DNA of 62,323 nt, filler included, from an uncultured virus (IMG/VR IMGVR_UViG_3300005239_002389) (Duplodnaviria > Heunggongvirae > Uroviricota > Caudoviricetes). It is 8 parts of one record of this genome, joined end to end, with 100 filler letters (N's around TTAATTAATTAA, not from the genome) between each part and the next. Parts side by side here need not be neighbours in the genome. Positions count along the whole stretch, not along the records: positions 52,897 to 60,757 come from IMGVR_UViG_3300005239_002389; positions 60,858 to 62,323 come from IMGVR_UViG_3300005239_002389; 6 more parts are not named here. One strand, given 5' to 3'. The stretch's first letter is position 1, and each line of letters starts with the position of its first letter. The notes under the pieces were generated by a model that did no database searches, had not been told where the DNA came from, and saw nothing but the letters and a program-made list of their open reading frames with translations. The translations under genes were made by a program, and so were the position numbers. Of this stretch, positions 52,897 to 61,370 are shown piece by piece.

Positions 52897-53085
52897 CTGA
52901 AGTGCAGTTTTTGGAGGTTGAACTGCATTTTTTGCTTGTTGAAGCAACGATCCCATAAGCTCATCAACTTGCTCCGGTCCTAGCGAGTTGCGAAGACCGG
53001 TAAATACTTGACCAGCACCCTCAGGATTTCTGAATGCTGCTTTTCCGAGTTGAGTAACGAAGTCCAGACCTTGACCAATTGCCAT
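52897..53085 (-). CDS. Hypothetical protein, N-terminal fragment
   Basis: MAIGQGLDFVTQLG...; may join the 52460 gene across the gap. Confidence 0.55.
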
Positions 53086-53615
53086 CAGATCACCTGCCCT
53101 ACAGCTGCATCGGCACTAACTCTAGCGTTAGAAAGGATGCTATCCATAACTTGACCCAGAAGATCATCAGCAGACGTTACAGTTGTGGCAGCTCCTTGAG
53201 CAATAGCAGGGTTAGTAGCCTGCATAGCGGCCAGCTCGCCCAAAGCGATTTCGCCAGCACGAGTTTCTCTTAGTGCTGCTTGGTTACGTTCGCGTGCGCC
53301 ATCGATCAATTCGCGTGCATTATATCCACCACCAGGCTCTACAAGTCCTACGCCTTCCAGAACTTTTCTCATAGCATCTTGAATAAGTTCTGCCTGATAA
53401 ATAGATGCTTCTTGTGAAGGAGAAACAGTGTACTTACCAGCTGTAGTGTTACCTGCTTGGAGCGCCTGATTAGGAGAAGCAAAAGCAGATTGAACGCCGC
53501 CCAAAAGGGGACCCAACACTCTTTCCAACAGAGCGAATGTCGCAGCCGTTTTAATACCTGAACCGATCACGTTGCCAGCTGAACTAGCAATTGGTCGTAA
53601 TGCTGAAGCAGCCAT
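53085..53615 (-). CDS. Ala-rich hypothetical protein (internal virion candidate)
   Basis: 176 aa, no Cys. Confidence 0.7.
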   Translation of the reverse strand: MAASALRPIASSAGNVIGSGIKTAATFALLERVLGPLLGGVQSAFASPNQALQAGNTTAGKYTVSPSQEASIYQAELIQDAMRKVLEGVGLVEPGGGYNARELIDGARERNQAALRETRAGEIALGELAAMQATNPAIAQGAATTVTSADDLLGQVMDSILSNARVSADAAVGQVI

Positions 53616-53848
53616 CAGAAACCTCCAGGGTTGTCGTAAGTGGTGCCTTGGCGAGGCTTCTTCATGTATTTTAGACTATTCCCTTCTTCTTGAAGTAGTG
53701 GATTCATCCCTTCTTTTTGTCTAGAAGACGGATGTGCTCCAGTCTCAATAAAGTTAGATGCTAAGTAGCGACGAAGAAACTCACCAGGAGTAACAACTGG
53801 TGCGTCTCTTCTTACATCTCGTTCGCGTAATGCAGTAGCGCGATTCAT
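53615..53848 (-). CDS. Small hypothetical protein
   Basis: 77-aa coupled ORF. Confidence 0.65.
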   Translation of the reverse strand: MNRATALRERDVRRDAPVVTPGEFLRRYLASNFIETGAHPSSRQKEGMNPLLQEEGNSLKYMKKPRQGTTYDNPGGF

Positions 53849-53849
53849 T

Positions 53850-54371
53850 TCAACTTAATTGTTGGAACTGAACAGAGGGAGGGATCATATTGCTGCCGGG
53901 TGCATTCAACATGGAGTAGTTGTCTCCAAGATTGGGGTAATCACACTCAGCTGGTCTCTGCGAAGAGAGTTGATCCATGTGTTGATTTTGATTCTCCTGG
54001 ATGTAAGACAGTAGATGCATAATTGCGTCCACAGCTTCGGGCTGGTCTCCAATCATTTCCAAGAGCTGCACAATCTCTGGATCCAGCTCTGGGGTTGGGT
54101 CAGTACGCATTCGTGAGGCCAGATACTGGCGCTCCATCGGGTGGTTGTTGTTGGGGTACCCGTTTAAAGAGTGGGTGGCACCAGTGTTTTGCATACCCTG
54201 GTTGTCCATCCCTGGCGGAGGAGGAGTGCCACCACGGCCAAACTCTCGCAACACCATAGCAACCATGGGTGCAGCAGCCGCTCTTTCCGCATCATTCTGA
54301 GGGATTGGTGCGCCTAAAGCACGAGCTGCTAGTTCGTATTCAGCAGGAGAAAACACCAGATCCCATTGCAA
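53850..54371 (-). CDS. P/Q/M-rich hypothetical protein
   Basis: About 170 aa; start uncertain. Confidence 0.7.
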   Translation of the reverse strand: MQWDLVFSPAEYELAARALGAPIPQNDAERAAAAPMVAMVLREFGRGGTPPPPGMDNQGMQNTGATHSLNGYPNNNHPMERQYLASRMRTDPTPELDPEIVQLLEMIGDQPEAVDAIMHLLSYIQENQNQHMDQLSSQRPAECDYPNLGDNYSMLNAPGSNMIPPSVQFQQLS

Positions 54372-54618
54372 CTTCTCCTTCCATCATACCTTTAATAAAC
54401 AAAAGGTCGCCAGGTTGACACTCAAGAGACAAACAGATCTTCTCTAGAACATCAGGAGAAGGAATATACTTTTCATCAGCGTATATCTTGCGTGTAGTTG
54501 TGGGAGACAGTTCTGCTGCCTTACTCAACGCAAAAGATGAAAGCCCTTTGCCCTCCAACAGACTTTTGAGGTTGTTGAAAAGTCTGCCTTGGGTGGGGTA
54601 TGAAGAGTAGAAAGGCAT
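54340..54618 (-). CDS. Cro/C1-type HTH transcriptional regulator
   Basis: LKSLLEGKGLSSFALSKAAELSPTTTRKIY...VLEKICLSLECQPGDLL. Confidence 0.9.
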   Translation of the reverse strand: MPFYSSYPTQGRLFNNLKSLLEGKGLSSFALSKAAELSPTTTRKIYADEKYIPSPDVLEKICLSLECQPGDLLFIKGMMEGEVAMGSGVFSC

Positions 54619-54623
54619 TAACC

Positions 54624-55307
54624 TCAGTGCAAGAACTTGAAGCCTTTAGAGATGTCGACTAGTCCAGTCCCAGTAAAGTGACCAAAACTAGTTAGATCAA
54701 TTTTAGGGCTCTCGATACGACGCCAGTTAATGAGTTCGCTGGTAAAACGAATATCATCAAGGAGCATGTACCTAGTTTTATTCTCCATATTAAGGGTAGA
54801 AAGCAAAGAGTAAAACTTTTCTTCAAACACTCCATCTTTACATGCGTCAACCATGATGAAATCTGCTTGCTGTAGCAAAGCAGAGAACTTCTGGAAGTTG
54901 TCAAGTTCTGTGAGATCAGCTAAGTACTGAGTCAAACGACCTCCATTCTGTACAAAATCACCTTTTTCTAAAAATGTTTTATCGAACTCGTGCCACGGTG
55001 TTAAATCAAAAGTATGGATTTTTGCTTTCTTAGCGAAGTCATACATCACACGAGTACCTGTACCCATATGCGTACCAACATCTACAACGCAATTAGGACG
55101 AAGGGAAGTGAGAAGACCAGCCAAGAGGCGGTAATGATCACCAGGGAAAGCATTAGCAAAAGGATTATCAATATACGAAAGATCTGTACCAGCAGCAATA
55201 GTCAAAGCTTGACAGATTAAACCATAATCATCAAAGCATTGAGCTGCAGCATCATCGTCTACTGAAAGCAGCTTGCTGTTGACGACGTGTCGAACGGTGT
55301 ATGACAT
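54624..55307 (-). CDS. Class I SAM-dependent methyltransferase (O-methyltransferase / Methyltransf_24-like)
   Basis: VVDVGTHMGTG, DFIMVDA, LLDDI. Confidence 0.85.
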   Translation of the reverse strand: MSYTVRHVVNSKLLSVDDDAAAQCFDDYGLICQALTIAAGTDLSYIDNPFANAFPGDHYRLLAGLLTSLRPNCVVDVGTHMGTGTRVMYDFAKKAKIHTFDLTPWHEFDKTFLEKGDFVQNGGRLTQYLADLTELDNFQKFSALLQQADFIMVDACKDGVFEEKFYSLLSTLNMENKTRYMLLDDIRFTSELINWRRIESPKIDLTSFGHFTGTGLVDISKGFKFLH

Positions 55308-56077
55308 CAGAAACCCAGGTGCTTGCGACGGACGAACTCTAGATCATAGGTAGTGAAATCAACTGGCATTTCAGGAATGTCAAAAGGAGTCTTGTACGTC
55401 TCTCCTTCGACATGACCTTGCCACGCTTCATTCCATTTCATATGCAGATACTTCTTATTCATCTCGTGCGCCTTGTGGATTGCGTTGGCAATCTCGGGTT
55501 CGGAACGCCAAGTCTGACTGCCGTCGCTGTAGTCGTTCTTTTTAGTACCGTGGTAATAACCTTTACTCAGTTGCATTACACGTTTCATATCATCGTGAAT
55601 GAACCTCATTCCGTAGTCCATGTCCTCGCAGTAACCTGGATACAAGTTTTCGTCAAAGAGGCCGTACTTCTCAACGACCCAGTCCTTGAGAGCGAAGATG
55701 TCCCACCCTCCTCCAGCACCGTGGACGATACCAACCGTTTCCTCCTGGATGGAAGTATGCATCTCTTCCAGAAACCCTGGCTCAAACATCACGTCATGAT
55801 TGGAGATAATCCAATAAGGCTCCTTCATGAAAGTCTTGATTATCAAGTTCCACGCGCCTGAGCAGCCGACATTTGCGGGTAGATGACACACATGCACCTT
55901 CTTCACGAAAGGGTTAATGATTTCATGTAGAGCATCTACCTCTTTGGTGATCTGTCCTCTACCGTTGTTATTGAACACTACAAAGTTATCTACTGGATAA
56001 TCGATTGACATGTACAACCGATGTAGCCAGTAAGGAGCGTTGACAATCGCAGTCCCAAGGACCGGAATAGAATCCAT
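55307..56077 (-). CDS. GT2-like glycosyltransferase
   Basis: NVGCSGAWN, ISNHDVMF, GLFDENLYPGYCEDMDY. Confidence 0.85.
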   Translation of the reverse strand: MDSIPVLGTAIVNAPYWLHRLYMSIDYPVDNFVVFNNNGRGQITKEVDALHEIINPFVKKVHVCHLPANVGCSGAWNLIIKTFMKEPYWIISNHDVMFEPGFLEEMHTSIQEETVGIVHGAGGGWDIFALKDWVVEKYGLFDENLYPGYCEDMDYGMRFIHDDMKRVMQLSKGYYHGTKKNDYSDGSQTWRSEPEIANAIHKAHEMNKKYLHMKWNEAWQGHVEGETYKTPFDIPEMPVDFTTYDLEFVRRKHLGF

Positions 56078-56101
56078 AAAAACTGAAGCAGTATCAGTAT
56101 A

Positions 56102-56476
56102 TTACTGCTTAGTTTCGTAATTAAAACACCCTTCTGCTTTTAAAGACCCGGCTTCTGGGTAACCAAACCCACAGCCTCTCACGCCGAAGTGATCACATGA
56201 GTAGCAAATCACGTGTCTAGTTGATTGCTGTAGTTCACTAGGAGCTGAGGGAGAAATAAGATTTTTTACTTCTCTCATAGTCCTGCGAAGCTCAACTAAT
56301 TCATCGTAAAACAAACTAGGGATCTCGTAGGTCGTTTCTCGATAATCGCAATGTTTGCAACCGTATCGGCGTCTTTTTCCTTCGGGAGTTGGTTTTGACT
56401 CAATTGTCTTGAGTGCAAATTCCCCACACTTCGGACAACGGCGACACCTAGACGGAGGAAAATTTGAAGTTGTCAT
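56102..56476 (-). CDS. Protein with an NrdR-like N-terminal zinc ribbon
   Basis: CPKCG...TIESK...RRRYGCKHCDYRETTYE; a second Cys cluster replaces the ATP cone. Confidence 0.75.
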   Translation of the reverse strand: MTTSNFPPSRCRRCPKCGEFALKTIESKPTPEGKRRRYGCKHCDYRETTYEIPSLFYDELVELRRTMREVKNLISPSAPSELQQSTRHVICYSCDHFGVRGCGFGYPEAGSLKAEGCFNYETKQ

Positions 56477-56564
56477 TGTTGTTGTTTTTAGGTCTCTCAC
56501 AACAGGTGGAGACAAAGTTTAATTTACCGACTTGCTCACTCGAGAGGTGTTACCCCTTTAGTGA

Positions 56565-56882
56565 TTATTTAGAACTGCTTCTATTTACTGTGACCTTGGC
56601 TTTAAGGAAGCAGTACCTTCTGCTGCTCATTTTTTTACCAGGAGCGATGGTTCCAGCCTGCAACATCTGCAATTCGCACTGGTCGGCCAAAGCACGAATT
56701 TTGCTGTGTTTTGTAAAGTTACCAACAACCACAAAACCAAAAGAAAATAAAACAGTAACAACGAACAGTCCAATAATGTTGCCGGTAATTGCATTGAGGA
56801 TTTCAGGGGAACGCCAGATACCAACTGAGCGAACAAGGTCTGTGGAGTCAAAACGGAAGCTGCGTTTCTTTTGATTGCTCAT
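56565..56882 (-). CDS. Small membrane protein
   Basis: One TM segment; A/C-rich leader. Confidence 0.55.
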   Translation of the reverse strand: MSNQKKRSFRFDSTDLVRSVGIWRSPEILNAITGNIIGLFVVTVLFSFGFVVVGNFTKHSKIRALADQCELQMLQAGTIAPGKKMSSRRYCFLKAKVTVNRSSSK

Positions 56883-56976
56883 GTTGTTTTTGTTGTTATA
56901 TACAGAGCATACACTGTATTAGCACCCCTGGCAACCCCTGTTGTGAGTGCTAGTATGCTGGAAATGCGGAGTCTCA

Positions 56977-57699
56977 GTGGCAAGCAAGTTCAAAGACTTA
57001 ATGGCGCAGCTGAACGACGAAGAAGTAACCGTCACAGCCCCTAATGGGTCTGCTTTGGCTAAGCAAGTCACTCTAAAAGACAAAAAAAAGCTTAGTGAGC
57101 GCTATAACTTCAACCAAGGCTGGTACGACGCGTTGCTAAACACCGATGCAGTGCTTAACGAAGCTACTGAAGGTGAAGTTTTCCGTTTAGACCCTAAAGA
57201 GAAGCGACAGATTGTCGAAATTGGTGTTTACGAAGGCGCATCGACCTGCTTTTGGTCTGATTTTTACCTTGATCACCCAGAATCACGGTTGATCTCTATT
57301 GATCCCTTCACGGGGAGTACAGAACATCACGAAAACCCTGAAAACTACCCTGAACTAGGTTGTATTGAATACACAGCACGAGGAAATGTTGCTAAATCTG
57401 ATAACGCTGCGAAAGTCGAGATTATCAAAGGCTTTTCCTGGTTTGTATTCCCAGAACTAGTACTGAGGAACGACCAAGACCGATGGATTGATGTCCTGTA
57501 CATCGATGGAGCACACGACTCTGCTTCTGTTGCGCGTGATGTTGCTCTTTTCTGTCCTATGGTTAAGTCTGGTGGGTTAGTAATCTTCGACGATTACGCA
57601 CATCCAGATGTGCAACGTGCTGTGGATATGACACTCAATGCATTTGCCACAGCTCAAAAAGCTATGTTCACTGGTTGGCAACTAGCAGTAAAGTTCTAG
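56977..57699 (+). CDS. Class I SAM-dependent methyltransferase (Methyltransf_24-like)
   Basis: VEIGVYEGAS, SIDPF, IDVLYIDGAHD, GGLVIFDDY. Confidence 0.9.
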   Translation: MASKFKDLMAQLNDEEVTVTAPNGSALAKQVTLKDKKKLSERYNFNQGWYDALLNTDAVLNEATEGEVFRLDPKEKRQIVEIGVYEGASTCFWSDFYLDHPESRLISIDPFTGSTEHHENPENYPELGCIEYTARGNVAKSDNAAKVEIIKGFSWFVFPELVLRNDQDRWIDVLYIDGAHDSASVARDVALFCPMVKSGGLVIFDDYAHPDVQRAVDMTLNAFATAQKAMFTGWQLAVKF

Positions 57700-58209
57700 T
57701 TTTTGGTTGAGGCATCAAGTGTTCCTGTTGACTGCAAGGCGGTGGAATGTTCAGCAGTCAGGCTTTTATGAGAAGCTTCGTGAGAGCAGGAAGACGGGAT
57801 TTGCGTATACATTCCCCGGCAATGACCACTTGTGTAAGACCTCTACAAATTATTTGAGGGCTCGCGATCCCCACAGTTTTTACAGCTTGCGGTAGTCACG
57901 GGCGTCGTTTCCAGGAAGGGGCACCACCCTCCTCCATTACCACTACGGTTTACGTCATGGCCTCATTTTTTACCACACGGGTTTTCATTCACACAAAAAA
58001 ACTTCTCCCTAACGATCGGGTTCTTGACAACACTGTCGCGCTTTGTAGACCTTATACAAAACTTACACTTGTTCCATAACTCTCCTTACCTCCTTACTTT
58101 TTCAACTCTGGTGCGTCACCGGTTCAAACCCCAACACCAACTCACATACCTCACACACCTCATATACAACCTGTAGTGCTTATATCCTTAGCCTATCTAG
58201 GTTTTTTGT

Positions 58210-58488
58210 TTATACAGGGTACACAACATCACGAATATCAATACCACCATCAGCTAACACTGGTCGTGCCGGACCTGGTCTCGGAACCGGATACTGAAAA
58301 TATCCACCACCGGGTAATCTCATAGGACCACTTGGATTGCTTGGATCTCTCAAAGTATCTGGACGATCCTCTGGCTTTTTGTAGTCATCAAAAAATCTAG
58401 GTGCATATGGATCTCCTTCATATCTACGCTTGCCATAAGGAGGCATTTCCTCGATCTCGTTACCTTGATTCCTTCTGATTTGATTCAT
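58210..58488 (-). CDS. Small P/R/D-rich hypothetical protein
   Basis: 92-aa ORF. Confidence 0.65.
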   Translation of the reverse strand: MNQIRRNQGNEIEEMPPYGKRRYEGDPYAPRFFDDYKKPEDRPDTLRDPSNPSGPMRLPGGGYFQYPVPRPGPARPVLADGGIDIRDVVYPV

Positions 58489-58548
58489 GAAAGGTAAATT
58501 ATTTAAGAATCACCCAAATCGAAAGCAANNNNNNNNNNNNNNNNNNNN

Positions 58549-58765
58549 AACTAAGCGTAGTGGCAATAGCCACGCCAAACAAAGTTTCTGCTCGACCTCC
58601 CAAATCTGGGCAAACTTGCTGCACGGAAGAGTTCTCAGAGTTGCCAATCTTGTCAGCACACTTGTAAAAGCTGAACCCAAGTACAACAAACTCGAAAACA
58701 AAAATTCCGACAAGAGTCCTTAGTAAAAAGACTTCTCGCCGGAAAGGGGATCGCGGAGCAGCCAT
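58549..58765 (-). CDS. Small membrane protein; 3' end at a gap
   Basis: Two hydrophobic segments flanking a Cys pair. Confidence 0.6.
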
Positions 58766-58768
58766 GCT

Positions 58769-59047
58769 TTAACGCATGCCAAACCTAGGATCGCCACCTC
58801 GTTCCATCATCATGTTTCGCTGGCTATCGGGAGCAACCTGCATAGCACCACGGCCATACTGTTGCTCGTTACTACGAGGGTCTGTATACATTTCCATGCC
58901 AGGACCGCCTTGGTTCATACGACCTTGAGCAGCAGCAGCAGTACGAAGCGCATTAAGGATTTGGCCAGCCATGCGTCCATTACTCATTTGCTCACCACCA
59001 CTACCGGTACGCAAATCCATACCAGGACCGCCTTGGTTCATACCCAT
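58769..59047 (-). CDS. G/M/Q-rich small protein with an internal duplication
   Basis: MNQGGPGM occurs twice (CCAGGACCGCCTTGGTTCATAC near 58899 and 59022). Confidence 0.7.
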   Translation of the reverse strand: MGMNQGGPGMDLRTGSGGEQMSNGRMAGQILNALRTAAAAQGRMNQGGPGMEMYTDPRSNEQQYGRGAMQVAPDSQRNMMMERGGDPRFGMR

Positions 59048-59121
59048 GGTATTTGCCTACAGAAAATTAATTTAAATAAATTCTAACTCAATAGTATCCA
59101 AACAGAACGCTATTAACGTCC

Positions 59122-60153
59122 TTACCCCACCTGGCGGTTTGCGTTGAAAGCTTCAAAATTACCCATCTGACCGTCTAGCCCACGTGCGTCAGTGGGAAGA
59201 TCACGGTCAAATTCTCGTGCAACACGGACTTCACGCATTCGTTTATCGCGAATCAAATTGTCAGCCAGCTCACCGTGGGTGCTCAACCATTTGTGCATTG
59301 CACTTTCTTTGTTCATAGCTTCATCACCACCGTGGATTCCAAGCTCCTTCATCTCTTTGGCACGTCGCATTGTCGTTGCCTCTTTCAGCAACTCACTCTG
59401 CATATTATTTGGTGTGGGCGACACTGGCTCTTGATTTTCCACTGCGGGTGGACGAGTTTCAGGGAGAGGTGGGCCATCCTCACTATTTTTTTCTTCAGTC
59501 TCTCGTGCCACAGGCGGCTGTAAACTAGCGTCACGCTGTGCCCGAGTCACCCATACCAATCCTTTGCCGTCACTGCTAAGACTTAAAACAGGATCATCAG
59601 GAGAAGGTACTTTAAATTCATGGTCGTAAGGTCCTAGAGGTGGATTGCCAAACTTATCGAATCTTGGATAAGGATCTTCCTCACCCCTGTCTATACGTAT
59701 TTTTCGCTCAGCTTGAACATTAGGCATTAACTTCCCTGTGCTCTCGTCGTAAAAACTTCCATCTGCGAAGGGATTATTAATATCATGAAGGACTCCACCA
59801 ATCAAAATTGACGCCGGATTCAGACCCCCCGTCAATAAAGTTTCAGCCATAGTAAAGTCTTTAACAGGAAGAGGTCTTCCGAGAGCTTCGTTTGCCCCAT
59901 AAAGAGCAGCCCCATAAATCAACCCACCGCGCTTGCCTCTAGGGTTAAGCATGCGCGTCGGATTCTTGTAAAGCTTGCTTGGATCTAACCAACGTGGGGC
60001 ACGAATATTAGTACCCGGAATAACAGGTTTCCCTACAGTCGTACCTGGCGGAGTATTACCAAGACGCTCAATAATTCTCTTGGCAACGTCTGCGTCAAGC
60101 TGAGCTTGCCTTACGGAAGTAATAGTAGGTGTGGGTCTAAAGCTAGAAGTCAA
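59122..60153 (-). CDS. P-rich hypothetical protein (internal virion candidate)
   Basis: 343 aa, no Cys, Gly-rich hydrophobic segment. Confidence 0.75.
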   Translation of the reverse strand: MTSSFRPTPTITSVRQAQLDADVAKRIIERLGNTPPGTTVGKPVIPGTNIRAPRWLDPSKLYKNPTRMLNPRGKRGGLIYGAALYGANEALGRPLPVKDFTMAETLLTGGLNPASILIGGVLHDINNPFADGSFYDESTGKLMPNVQAERKIRIDRGEEDPYPRFDKFGNPPLGPYDHEFKVPSPDDPVLSLSSDGKGLVWVTRAQRDASLQPPVARETEEKNSEDGPPLPETRPPAVENQEPVSPTPNNMQSELLKEATTMRRAKEMKELGIHGGDEAMNKESAMHKWLSTHGELADNLIRDKRMREVRVAREFDRDLPTDARGLDGQMGNFEAFNANRQVG

Positions 60154-60370
60154 TTTTCTACTTCAACAACTACCCTTAGTATAAACTCGTACGTAAAATC
60201 TTTATAGGATACTCTCAGTCTTTCTAGTTTACCGCCCAAACAACAACTCAGTAATTCCAAAATCACCAGAGTCTTGAGCCCTAGCTTCTCCTGCAAGATG
60301 CAATCAAAGGAAGGTTGGCTTTGTCTTGCCACGCTCAACTACTTCCCTGACTTTCCGGAAAAACACACCT

Positions 60371-60577
60371 TCATTTAGTCGCATCATCACCTAACTGATA
60401 CGAAATTTCCATAAGGGCTGCTCTAAACATGTAACGCAAGCGCCTAATACGCACTTGTTCTTCTATATCGTCCCTAGAGCCAGCCCAGTTGGTGCAATGG
60501 AATTCAATAGTCTTAGCTAACTGTCTAACGTCGTCAACTTGAAGAGAAAAATCAACTGATGGCTTCTTTTTTCCCAT
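60371..60577 (-). CDS. Small hypothetical protein
   Basis: MGKKKPSVDFSLQVDDVRQL... Confidence 0.6.
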   Translation of the reverse strand: MGKKKPSVDFSLQVDDVRQLAKTIEFHCTNWAGSRDDIEEQVRIRRLRYMFRAALMEISYQLGDDATK

Positions 60578-60857
60578 TGTTTGACTCAAAAAGTCCTAGA
60601 TGACGCTTTTCCCACTTTGGAAAGCTGCTGCAGCACGGTCAACGGCTTTATCTAAAGCCAATCTAGTCCTCTGTTCTTCAGTCTGACCCGATCGGAGCGC
60701 TGAAATCATTTGATTCATGCTTCGTTGCATGTCTTGTACCGCTTTACTGTTTGCTCCNNNNNNNNNNNNNNNNNNNNNNNNNNNNNNNNNNNNNNNNNNN
60801 NTTAATTAATTAANNNNNNNNNNNNNNNNNNNNNNNNNNNNNNNNNNNNNNNNNNNN

Positions 60858-61370
60858 ATCTACCATAAACTGCTGAGCATACCTTTCAGCTTCTAGTTCA
60901 GATCTAAACTTTGATTTTGGGCCTTGAGTAAGTAAGTACTGATTTAAAAACTCAACTGGGTCGTTATTTTTTAGCGCTTTACTAAAAATTTGAGGCGCAT
61001 TACGTCCGGCATACATATCCATCTGCGATCCTCTTAATAGATCAGGATCTAACGCATGACCTTGCTCATGAGCAAGTGTATATAACGTAGGATTCGCTTC
61101 ATCCATATAGATAGCTCGTTTATCTGTATCTCGATGACCTCCATCTAGAGCTTGTGGTATGTAATAACCTGCTGCGAACTCATGACCAGGCTGGTTAGGT
61201 CGAGCATCCAGCCTTAATCCATGCGAAAGCAATTCTTTTACTAAAGCTTCAGCTTCGGGAGCAGGATTAAATTTATATGCGTTGTCGTTTTTAGTGCGAA
61301 TAAACTCACCAGCTGGCATCTCTTGGCTGTACGTCTCTACATATGGGTTTGGGTCTCCTCGTCTAGCCAT
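60858..61370 (-). CDS. Zincin-like metallopeptidase (HExxH); 3' end in a gap
   Basis: TLAHEQGHALD plus downstream SELEAERYA supplying the third ligand. Confidence 0.7.

Noticed and set aside
55412..55861. Antisense and nested ORFs in the track (e.g. 55412, 50788, 36006, 25206)
   Set aside because: Shadow frames of well-supported genes, with no motifs of their own
58100..58145. GGTTCAAAC as a tRNA T-arm (also GGTTCAAG at 43061)
   Set aside because: No acceptor, D or anticodon stems could be built; no tRNA is supported in the window
1993..60813. Seven copies of TTAATTAATTAA as a biological repeat
   Set aside because: Always centred in N blocks: an assembly linker. Order and orientation across these joins are unverified
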